DNA of 64,000 nt from Squalus acanthias (taxonomy: Eukaryota): contig CM059431.1 of the NCBI GenBank assembly GCA_030390025.1, positions 139,006,001 through 139,070,000 on the forward strand. Direction: 5' to 3'. Numbering within the stretch: position 1 is the first letter of the stretch; each line of letters begins with the position of its first letter. Both the position numbers and the translations under genes were made by a program. Shown here piece after piece: positions 38,801-50,800 of the stretch. The notes beneath the pieces were generated by a model. It ran no database searches. It had not been told where the DNA came from and saw only the letters and a program-made list of their open reading frames with translations.

Positions 38801-41800
38801 ATGGTTTCCTTTGTCCTCACCTTTCACCCAACCAGCCTCCACATTCAACGGATCATTTTCTGCTGCCTCCAGCGTGATCCCAGCACCAAACACATCTCCC
38901 CCTCACCTCCCCTTTCAGCATTCCGAAGGAACTGCTCCCTCCGCGACACCCTGGTCCACTCCTCTATCACCCCCAACACCCCTTCCCCTTCGCCCGGCAC
39001 CTTCCCATGCAAGCACAGGAGATGCAACACCTGACCTTTTGCCTCCACCCTTCCCACTGTCCAGGGCCCCAAACACTCCTTCCAGGTAAAACAGCGATTT
39101 CCTTGTACGTCTTGCAATTTAGTATACAGTATTCGCTGCTCACGATGCGGTCTCCTCTACATTGGGGAGATCAAATGCAGATTGGGTGACTGCTTTGCAG
39201 AACACCTCCGTTCAGTCCATAAGGGTGACCCTGAGCTTCCGGTCACCTGTCACTTTAATTCTCCGCTCCAGTCCCACTCTGCCCTCTCCGCCCTCGGCCT
39301 CTTACACTGTTGCTATGAAGCTCAACGTAAGCTCGAGGAACAGCACCTCATCTTTTGATTAGGCACTTTACAGCCTTCTGGACTCGACATCGAGTTCAAC
39401 AATTTCAGACCATAACCTCTGTCCATATCATTTTTTTCTCTCTTTCACATGGCAGCGGTTGATGATTCTGCCATTGCCATTTACACTTCATCTCGAGTCA
39501 TCTTTTGTTTCTTAACTTGTCCCAATAACTTCTCTTTTTGCCTTGCACCATCATCCCTTTTTGTCTTTTAATCTCTCCTGCCTTCCATCCTATCACAGAC
39601 CTTTCCTTTTGTTCTTTCATCCCCTCCCCCCACTCCCTGCCCCTACACTTGCTTAAAAACCTGTTACATCTCCAACTTTTTCCAGTTCTGACGAAGGGTC
39701 ATCGACCTGAAACGTTAACTCTGATTCTCTCTCTCCAGATTCTGTCCGACCTGCTGAGTATTTCCAGCATTTTCTGTTTTTATTTTAAATTTGCAGATGT
39801 TGTCATTACTCCAGTGGTTTTTCCAGCTGTTCATGTGACTGGCCTTTGCTGCCAGTGGACGTCACTGACCGGGATAAAACATCAAACTCCCAGTGGTCAG
39901 TCTGTCTAATACACCGATTAATCAGCAGAGAAAATTAATTTATTGCGGCTTCCCTGGATGATTCAAATGGATGATGTACCAGTGAGTGCAGTGTTTAGCC
40001 ATTGGCCTAGATATTGGGCCGCGCACTGCCGGTTATCGAGCTCCTGCGGCCAATATTGTGGGCAGGAAGCGCACTCGCATTTCCAGCCTGAATTGTGGAT
40101 CGGGCATTGCTGTGCTGTCGGGAGATCACACCAGTATAATATAAGAGTGAAAATATTATGTAAATGAGGGTCCAGTGCTTCCTGCTGGACCCTTTCCCGC
40201 TTTGGGTATGCTACACCATCTCACACCACGTGCTGAATCCGCCCAGCAACACCTGGCGCAAACCGGCAGGAAGGACCCCTCACCAGCACTATTGAAAGGA
40301 ATCATGGGGAACTTACAGTTTGGTAATTGCCTTGTCGGTTCAGGCAGCTGCTTAACTTCTGGGCGTTTCTTGCTGTGTTTTATCATTCTGGAAATTTTGC
40401 TTTGTCTGCAAAATCAGCAGCATCTTGCTCTTTTTACTGATGTTGACTCACTCATAGATAGTTTGACTGCAGTCATGAGTGGTGTCATAGGACTGCCTTT
40501 GGGACTGACAGAAGGAGAGGGAGCAGCGGGGAGTAGAGCAGAGAACAGCGGGGAATAGGGCAGAGAACGGCGAGGAATAGAGCAGAGAACGGCGGGGAGT
40601 AGAGCAGAGAGCGGCGGGGAATAGAGCAGAGAGCGGCGGGGAATAGAGCAGAGAGCGGCGGGGAATAGAGCAGAGAGCGGCGGGGAATGGAGCAGAGAGC
40701 GGCGGGGAATAGAGCAGAGAGCGGCGGGGAATAGAGCAGAGAGCGGCGGGGAATAGAGCAGAGAGCGGCGGGGAATAGAGCAGAGAGCGGCGGGGGACAG
40801 GGCCGAGGGCGGCGGGGGACAGGGCCGAGGGCGGCGGGGGACAGGGCCGAGGGCGGCGGGCGACAGGGCCGAGGGCGGCGGGCGACAGGGCCGAGGGCGG
40901 CGGGCGACAGGGCCGAGGGCGGCGGGCGACAGGGCCGAGGGCGGGGGGGGGGGGGGGACAGGGCCGAGGGCGGCGGCGGGGGGGGGGGGGACAGGGCCGA
41001 GGGCGGCGGGGGGGGGGGGGACAGGGCCGAGGGCGGCGGGGGGGGGGGGGGACAGGGCCGAGGGCGGCGGGGGGCGGGACAGGGCCGAGGGCGGCGGGGG
41101 GCCCTCCGCAGAAGGCCATGACCACAGCGAGTATTCGGGGGCCATTTCCCCGACATTAACCGGAACTTGGATATGTCCATGAGGGGAAAGACACCGATAG
41201 CTATGCTGATAGGGTGAGATGGTACGGTGGGATGAGGCTCGTGCGGAGCAGATACACCGGCACAGACCTTTTCGACTGAATTGCTTGTTTCTTTGCTATA
41301 AATTCAATGGTATTTCTATGTAACGTCACTGAGGCGCCTTCACTTCACCAAGGGGGCAGTCATCGAGCTATGTCACCTGCTGCAGACACAAGTCCAGCAA
41401 GGGCAGCACTGCCTGTGGCCATCAAAGTCATCATGGCACTTAACTTCAAAACCATGGGCAACTTTCAGGCTGTAGCAGGTGACACCAGTGATCTATCAGA
41501 GTTAGCAGTCCACTGCTGTATCAGGGAGTTCACTGAGGCTCTGTACCAGGATGAACACCTATATGTTCTTCCATATGGAGAGAGCGAAGCAGGATGAGAG
41601 AGCACTAGGCTGCGTCCACATGACAGGTTTTCCCAGGGTGCAAGGTACCATAGACAGCCGCTACCTTGCCTTGAGTGCTCCCCATCACCAACCTGGCATG
41701 TTGAGCAATCGTAAGGGAGTTCACTCCCTCAACGCATAGTTGGTTAGTGACCACAGGCAGCATGTCATACGGACCTGTTCCCATTATCCTGGGAGCAGTC

Positions 41801-44800
41801 ATGACTCTTTCATCCTGCGCCAGTCCTCTGTGAAGCTTTTATTCAAGCCAGGCCCTCAAGTTTCAGGCTGGTGCTTGTCGACAAGGACTAGTCCCTCTAG
41901 ACAGGGCTCACTACTGTCAGGGACCCAAGCACAGCTGCAGCTCTGGCCTACCATGAGAGTCATGCCGTCGTGAGAAACCTCACAGACCAAACAATCGAGC
42001 ACTGCTACATCTCTAAGCTAATGTTCAGATTTGTTTTCGTCTACTGCATTTTGGAAATCATTGCCAGCGTGAGGAGCAACGAGAAGTACTCAAGAAACAA
42101 GTGGAGCACAAAGAGCGGAAGGAGGAGGAGAGGCATCGATCACAGTGCCCCGAGCTGAGTCAGCTCTCAGATCAGTTCATCGAAGAGCGCTTCCTCGAAA
42201 TCATCACTCCCATTCCCAATACACCAAATGTCCCACAATCCTTACCACCGTGCTTACTGCCACCATCCTGTGGCCTTCCTTCAGTCCAGCCAATGGGTCC
42301 GGCCCTCACTCCACTACACAGATCAACACCAACACCAAATTCAGAACAATAAACACTTTCATCAAACAATGCCAGTGCTTCTCAATGTTATAGTTAACAG
42401 AAATAATTAAGAATCAACCTTGTGCCAGCTCTTTGGCCGGAATTTTGCCGACACTCAGAGTGCGGGTTTGGAGGCGGGTCCGCGGTCAAAAGCACAAAGA
42501 TTGACCGGGTCAGTATCCCGCTGTAAACCCGCCTCCTTGTCAGTTTCCCAAGTGTCGGATCTTTCATCCCTGAACAGACCCGATACCAAGCGGCGGGTCA
42601 GCCAATTTAAATACTTAAAAGCTTGTTAAAAGGTAGTTAAGCATCATTTCCCCATGTACTTACCATTTGACCAGGTTTTTAACGAGGTTCCCGGAGAGCG
42701 GGCATCACGTCAGGTAAGTATGTCGTGTTCTCAATGACTCTCCATTGCTGAGTAGGTGACAGATGCCAAAGTGGTACAAAACCTACCATTTCACAGCTGT
42801 TCATTTCACAAACTTAGAAGCTGGAGCCTTCATGATTTGAGACCCACTTTTGTGCTTTATGCAGTTAGGAAGTGTTTGAAGTAAACTCTCTATCCATTGT
42901 CACTTCCTTGGATCAAACTCTCACTATTAACAGATCGCTTCTGTCATCTCAACTTCAGCTGCCATCTATTCCAGCAGCATCGGTACCCTTGACAAAATCT
43001 CACCTTGGTCCTCAGAATCCCACCACGATCAGCCTCAACACCAGCAGCACCAACAACAACATCAACCTGCTCCGCAATAACCTGCTCTGCACAGGACACA
43101 CAGCATCAGCACCCGAGCACATTGCTGCCAGGGATGGACTCACCATGGCCAGATTTACTACACTTAACACTGTACACCCTGGCTACCACATGATGCGCCA
43201 TGCTGGCACTACCACACACCAGCACCATTAAACATCTCTACAATCTCCAAGCCATTGCATTCACACTCATCAGCATTGCGGGGTTACCGTTATATCTGGC
43301 CATTCACTGCAACTCACTGAGCCAATTCCAAAGGTGCAGACAATTCTGTCCAAGAACGCAAAGTGTTGAAAATAAAGATTTCAATGTTTCACAGCACATC
43401 ACCACAAACTTCACGTGAATATTTGCTAAACTACCCGGAGAGAACCTTTACAAGGTGCTGGTTACCTTTTAAGTCGCGTCAGGGAGGCCCGATATCTACC
43501 ACCCACCCCGGCCAGAAGAAAACACAAGCGCATAGCCAGTGAATAGTACGGGTAGCGCTAACTGCACCACTGGCTCATTACAATCAGAACAAATCATACC
43601 TGCTGCCTGAGTCAACACTAAGAGGCATATGCAGTGCACGCTCCGTCACTGCACGCCCATTTTCAGACCCGATCAAATTCTAGGCCATGCAGTCTGTATG
43701 TGCAGCACCACTCAAACACTGTTAGTATTTTCTGAACCAAAATTACAGCAGGAAAATTCTGAGAAGCAGAATAAATCCACTTGATCCAAACAAGTCTGTA
43801 TCTGTAACAGTGAAGATCTCACCTGGCATTCTAGTCAGTGTCTCCACAAACACATCTACTTGTCTCCTGGTCCCATTTACACTGCCCCAAATGCCCTTCC
43901 CTGTTAACTTGATCCCCTATTCTATTACCCTTTTGGTGAAATATGTTTATTCCATTAAAAAGCGGAATCCCTTCAAATTCAATACACTGACGTCGCTTCA
44001 GTAAAATAAACTAATCCCATTTCCTCGACCTTTGCTCATCTTAAATTCCTGATCCCCTTAATCATCTTTTTTAATTCCATTCCATTCCATTCCTAGTCTA
44101 ATATATAGAGGCCTGGCAGGGCAGCTCAGACCCGCAGAGTTCACATCCTGTGCCATGTGGATGTCCTGGACGCTTCGCGTAGCCTGGACGTCCACGTGTG
44201 CAGGAAGTGTCACCAGCTCCGGCAGCTCGAGATCCGTGTTACAGAGCTTGAGCGGCAGCTGGAGTCACTGCGGTGCATCCGCGAGGCTGAGACCTTCGTG
44301 GATAGCACATTTCTGGAGGTTGCCACCCCGCAGCTTAAGAGTGTGCAGGCAGAGAGGGAATGCGTGACCACCAGACAGAAGAGGAGAACGAAGCAGGTAG
44401 TGCAGGAGTCCCCAGAGTGCATCTCGCTCTCCAAGCAGTATTCTGATCTGAGTACTGGTGAGCGATATGGTTCCTCTGGGGAATGCAGCCAGAGTCAAGT
44501 GCAAGGCACCACTGGCGGTTTAGCTACACAGCGGGGCGGGGGGTGGGGGGATGAAAAAGAGTGGAAGTTCAATGGTGGTAGGGGATTCGATAATTAGGGG
44601 AGCAGACAGGTGTTTCTGCAGCCGTAGATGTGACTCCAGGATGTTATGTTTCCTCCCTGGTTCCAGCATCAAGGATGTCACTGAGCAGCTGCAGGACACT
44701 CTTTAGAGGGAGGGTGAACAGCCAGAGGTCGTTGTCCATATTGGTAATAACGACATCGGCAGGAAGACGGATGAGGTCCTGCAGGCAGAGTTTGGGGAGC

Positions 44801-47800
44801 TAGGAGACAGATTAAAAAGCAGGACCTCAAAGGTAGTAATCTCCGGATTACTCCCGGTGCCACAGGCTAGTGAGTAAAGGCTTAGAAGGATAGAACAGAT
44901 GAATGCGTGGCTGGAGAGATGGTGCAGGCGGGAGAGCTTTTGATTCCTGAGGCATTGGGATCGTTTCTGGGGAAGGTTGGACCTGTACAATCTGGATGGC
45001 TTAAACGTCATGGGCACTAGCACTAGCATATAGAAGTAGAAAAGAGGAAAAATGTGCATGAAAGAGTGAGCGTGTTGCATAGTACTAGAGAAGAAAGTAG
45101 TACTAGAGGCGGAAGTAGTACCGTATTAGATAGGAGCAGACTAAGAAAGACTACAAAAAATTCAAAAATGGGTTTAGAATGCATGTACGCAAATGAACAA
45201 AGTGTGGTGAATAAGTTTTGTGAGCTCCAAGCACAATTCGCCGTGTGGCAATATGATGTGGCAATTACGGAAACTTGGCATGCAAACAGTGAGCACTGGG
45301 CACTTAATATTCAAGGGAACCAGGTGTTCATAAAAGATAGGGAAGGAAAAAGGGTGGTGCAGTGGCAGTGCTGATTAAGGAAGACATTGTAGTGTTGGAA
45401 AGGGAGGATGTTCTTGAGGGGACAAGGACAGAATTAATTTGTTTATAGTTGAGTAGCAAGAAGGGTATGATCACGCTATTGAGGTTATTCTATAGGCCTC
45501 CAAATAGTGAGAGAGGTGTAGCGGAGAAAATCTGCAGGTAAATCGCAGAGATATGCAAGAGCTATAGAGTGGTGATATTGGGGGACTTTAATTGTCCAAA
45601 TATCGATTGGGAGAATGCTAGGGTAAAGGGAATGGAGGGGGAGGAATTTCTGAAATGTGTTCAGGAGAATTTCCTTGACCAGTATGTTCTTGGCCCAACT
45701 AGGAAGGAGGCATTGCTGGATCTGCTGCTGGGGAATGAGGTGGGCCAGGTCGACCAAGTGTCTGTGGGAGAACACTTGGGTACGAGTGATCATCGTATCA
45801 TGTGTTTTATATTAGCAATGGAGAGGAGCAAGGAACAATCTAGAGTGGAACTTCTAAACTGCAATACGGCCAAATTCAATGGGATGTGAAAGGATCTAGC
45901 CAGAGTAAAATGGAATCAAAAACTGCCAGGAAAAACTGTAACGGAGCAATGGGTGATCTTTAAGGAGATGTTCCAAGTACAGGCTAGGTACATTCCCAGC
46001 AGAGGGAAGGTTGTGGGAAACAAAGCAAGAACTCCTTGGATGACGCTGGAGATAGACAAGATGATGAAACAAAAAAGAGGCTGTATGGCGCACGTCAGGT
46101 GAATTCTTCAAGGGAGAACCAGACGAAATACAATAACTTGAGAGGGGAAGTGAAGATGAAAGGAGGATTGGCAGTGAGTGAATATGAGAGTAGAATGGCG
46201 GTTAACATAATAAGAACCCCAAAATCTTCTACCGGCATGTAAACAGTAAGCGGGTAGTAAGAGGCGGGGTGGGGCCTATCAGCGACAAAGAAGGTGATAT
46301 ATGCTTAGAGACGCAGGGCAAAGCTAGAATACTCAATGAGTACTTTGCATCGGTGTTTACTAAGGAGGTGGATGCTGACAAAATAACGGTAGGAGTGGAA
46401 AAGTTAGAAGCAATGGAAGGGTTGAAAATTGATAGACAGGATGTAGTAGAATGGCTGGGTATGCTTAGAGTGGATAGGTCGCCAGGTCCAGGTGGCTTGC
46501 ATCCCAGATTGCTAAGGGAATTTGGGGAGGAGATAGCGGAAGTGCTTGCCATAATTTTCCAATCTTCCCTAGATGCGGGGGAGGTGACTGAGGATTGGAA
46601 AGTGTCAAATGTGACACCATTGTTCAAGAAAGGTTTAAGGACAAACCTTGTAACTACAGGCCGGTCATTTTAACATCAGTGATGGGTAAAGTTTTAGAAA
46701 CAATAATCAAGGAAAAAAATAATGGGCACTTGGAGAGGTTTAAGCTAATTAAGGAGAGCCATCACGGATTTGTAAAAGGTTGATCATTTTTGACTAAACT
46801 AATTGTATTTTTTGATGAATTAACAGAGAGGATTGATGAAGGGAATGGAGTGGATGTTGTCGACATGGATTTTAGGAAGGCGTTTGACAAAGTATCACAT
46901 AGAAGGCTGGTTATAAAAATTGAGGCTCATGGAAAAGGTAGTTCAGTGGCAGCATGGATAAGGAATTGTCTTCAGGACAGAAAACAGCGAGTTGTGGTAA
47001 ATGGGTGTTTTTCAGACTGGAGGATGGTAGACAGTGGTGTTCCCTAAGTGTCACTGCTGGGGCCACTGCATTATATATCTAAATGAGCTGGATATTGGAA
47101 TACAAAGTAGAATTTCTAAATTTGCTGATGACACCAAAATTGGGGGGTGTGTGGCAAACTGTCAGGATGATACCAATTGAAAGCATCAGGACATAGAAAG
47201 GCTAGCCGAATAGGCAGACAAGTGGCAGATGGAATTAATACAGAGAAGTGTGAGGTGATGCATTTTGGCAGAAGGAACAGGGAGAGGCAATGTAAACTTA
47301 ATGGCATAGTTTTAAAGAGTGTGCAGGGACAGAGGGCCCTGGGAGTTAATGTGCATAGGTCCCGGAAGGTGGCGGGACATATCGAGAGTGGTTAACAAAG
47401 CATATGTTATCTTGGGTTTCATAAATAGAGGTATTGAGTACAATAGTAGAAAATAAATGCTGTATTTTTATAAAGCACTGGTTAGGCCACAACTGGAGTA
47501 TTGTGCCCAGTTCTGGTCAACACACTTTCGGAAGAATGTGAAGGCCCTTGAGAGGGTGCAGAGGAGATTTACCAGAATGCTTCCGGGGATCGGGGATCTA
47601 AGCTCAAGGACAGATTGGAGAAGCTGGATTTGTTTTCATTAGAGCAAAGGAGGTTGCGGAGTGATTTGATAGAGGTGTACAAGATTATGACGGTTTGGGA
47701 TAGGCTAGACGGGGAAAGGCTGTTTGATGGTACAAGGAATAGAAGACACAGATTTCAGGTTTTGGGCAAGAGTAAAAAGGGGGGAAGTGAGGAACAACCT

Positions 47801-50800
47801 TTTTATGCAGCGAGTGGTGAGGACCTGGAACTCGCTGCTGACGGAAGTGGTGGAAGCGACACACTCAATGTTTACAAAAGAGACTGGATAAGCACTTGAG
47901 GGAAATAAACTTGCAGGGCTACGGGGATAGAGCGGTGGAATGGGACTGACTCGATTGCTCTGCAGAGAGCCGGCACGGACTCGTTGGGCCAAATGGCCTC
48001 CTGCTGTGCCGTTATGACTCTATGACTATGACTCATCCAATCGTAGCAAAATAATCGAATATCATGCACTTTTTTCTCTACCCGCTCCCGCACAGTTACC
48101 AAGGATCTATCCTTGGCCCCCTCCTGTTGATGATCTACATTCTGCCCCTTGGCGACATCATCCGAAAACACAACGTCAGATTCAACTGAAAGAGATCCAC
48201 ACCACCATCTCTCTCAGTCCCTGCACTGTCTCTGATGCGTCACGCAGCTTGTCCGCCATCCAGTATTGGCTGAGCAAACACTTCCTCCTGTTAAATATTG
48301 GGCAGACCAAAGCCATTATCTTTGGTCGCGGCCACAAACTCCATTCCCTAGCCACGCACTCCATCCCTCTCCCTGGCAACTGTGTGAGGCTGAACCAGAC
48401 TGTTGTAACCAATGCATCCTATTAGATCCTGAGCTGACCTTTCGCTCCCATACACACTCCATCAACAAGACCATCTACTTCCAACTCAATAACATTCGCT
48501 GTCTGCGCCCCTGCCTCAGCCCATCTAATGCTGAAATCCTCATCTATGCCTTTTTTATTTCCAGTCTCAATTATTCCAACACGCTATGCCTTGCTAACCA
48601 ACAACGTTCTATCCTCTGTAAATTTGAGCGTATCCAAAACTCTGCTGTGCCTCTCGGAACTCGCACCGAGACCTGTTCACCCATCACCCATGGGCTCACT
48701 GACCTACTTTTTCTCCGGTCTGGCAGAGCCCTGATTTTGAAATTATCATCCTTGTTTTCAATCCCTCCATGACCTCACCCATCTTTATCTCTGCAATCTG
48801 CTCCAGGCCTACAACCCTCCGAGATCTCTGCACTCCTCAATTTTGAACTTTGTGCAACCTTGATTTTCACCCCTCCAATTTTGGCGGCTGTGTTCTCAGC
48901 AGCCTCGGCCCTGAACTCTGGAATTCCCTCTCCAACCCCTATCCACCTCTACTTATCGCCTGTTCACTCGTAAAGTCTACCTCTTTGAACAGGCTTTTGG
49001 TCACCCGTTCTAATATCTCTTTATTGGGCTCGGTGTTTCATTTTATCTAAATACGCTCCTGCAAAGCCTCTTGGGACGTTTGTATTAAGTTAAACGGGCT
49101 ATATCGATTCAAGTTGTTGTTGCTATCCCCTTTTTACCTTCACAATAGTATTTACATTTCCCTGTGACCTGTTAAACGGAAATGTATAGAATTTCCCAAG
49201 AGCTCACCCAAGTGCTGATCAAATAATTGGGGAACATCAGTACATTGTAAACCTGTCCCTCTCTCAGTGCTGCCCAATCAGTATATTGGGAGTCTGTCCC
49301 TCTCTCAGTGCTGCCCAATCAGTACATTGTGAGCCTGTCCCCCTCTCAGTGCTGCCCAATCAGTAAATTGTGAGCCTGTCCCCCTCTCAGTGCTGGCCAA
49401 TCAGCACATTGTGAGCCTGTCCCCCTCTCAGTGCTGCCCAATCAGTACATTGTGAGTCTGTCCCTCTCTCAGTGCTGCCCAATTCCCGATTTGCTATTTG
49501 TACAAAAGCTCAGCTCTGCTGGGTGGGGGGTTCAATCATTTATCCATTATAACCACTACAGCCATATAACCAGAATCACCTGTGGATTTGTAATGAGATG
49601 TCTGCAGTACATTGTGCGACAGATAGTATTCACCATCAGAGGGAACATTTCACCTTCACCCAGCTCGCCATGTTAAGTAAATATTAGTGTCCCATGTTGA
49701 TTTGAAACTTCTCTCAGAAAGTTCCTGTCAACCAAGGTTCTCATGAAATGTTGGTTTTTGTTTTCTAACTGTCCTTGATTAAAATATCGAAGTCGATCCT
49801 GTTACGTTTTACTGAAAAGCAGAGCAGTATATCGGAGCTTTCTTTTACAATATAATGAACATTGAAACCACTTTCTGTCTGTTCTAATTGAAGATGTTCA
49901 ACAGAAACACAAGGAAACACTCCGGGTACAAACTGAAACACTGAGAGTGAACACTATCCTAATAAAGGAGAAGGTTAAGGTTTTCCAGCTGGTTGATCGA
50001 TACGCTGAGCTAACGGTCATTTCTACTGTTCGAGATCGGACACTTGTAGAACATGAACTGTTGGCAAGAGGCCGAGACCATGAAGAATGGAGAGAGAAAC
50101 ATCTCCGAAGGGAACTGGAAAAAATCCGAACTGATCAATTGTTCATGAGCTGTTTTTCCCGGAGAAAATCCAGTTCTGGGAGTTCAGGAGCAGTGAGCGG
50201 AGTCCCGGGGATTGGAAAAACAACAATGGTACAAAAGATTGTTCATGACTGGGCCACAGGGAAAATATACCCACACTTTCAATTTGTTTTCAGCTTTAAA
50301 TTCCGGGATTTGAACTTTATTAACTGTAGAATAAACCTGAGGAATCTGATACTGGATCTGTATCCTTACTTTGGGAGAATTCTGGGAGAGCTCTGGAAGA
50401 ACCCAGAGAGATTGTTGTTTATATTCGATGGTTTGGATGAATTCAAGGACAGGATCGATTTTGCTGACAATCGGAGAAATACAGAACCTCAGTCCATGTG
50501 CACAGATCCCGAATGCTGGTGTGAAGTGTCTGACATTGTGTACAGTTTAATACAGCACAAGCTGCTCCCAGGATGTTCAGTGCTAGTAACCAGCCGCCCC
50601 ACTGCATTACATTTATTGGAAAAGGCTGAGATCAGTGTCTGGGCTGAAATCCTGGGATTTGTTGGTGACGAACGGAAGGAATATTTCAACAGGTTTTTTG
50701 AAGATCAGACGGTGGCAGCAGCAGTTTTTAAACACGTGGAGGAGAACGAGATCCTGTACACAATGTGCTACAACCCTTCCTACTGCTGGATCCTCGGTCT

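Larger units (their letters stand above)
40003..43687. mobile_element. Composite, decayed PIF/Harbinger DNA transposon region
   Basis: Imperfect TIRs tggcctagatattg (40003) and caaattctaggcca (ending 43687); internal transposase relic; no clear TSD. Confidence 0.6.

Noticed and set aside
40414..41180. Pro-rich ORFs of 225-243 aa on the - strand
   Set aside because: Translation of the 22-bp minisatellite, open in all three frames
41307..42000. Functional HARBI1 gene
   Set aside because: Multiple frameshifts and stops, and it lies within a decayed transposon
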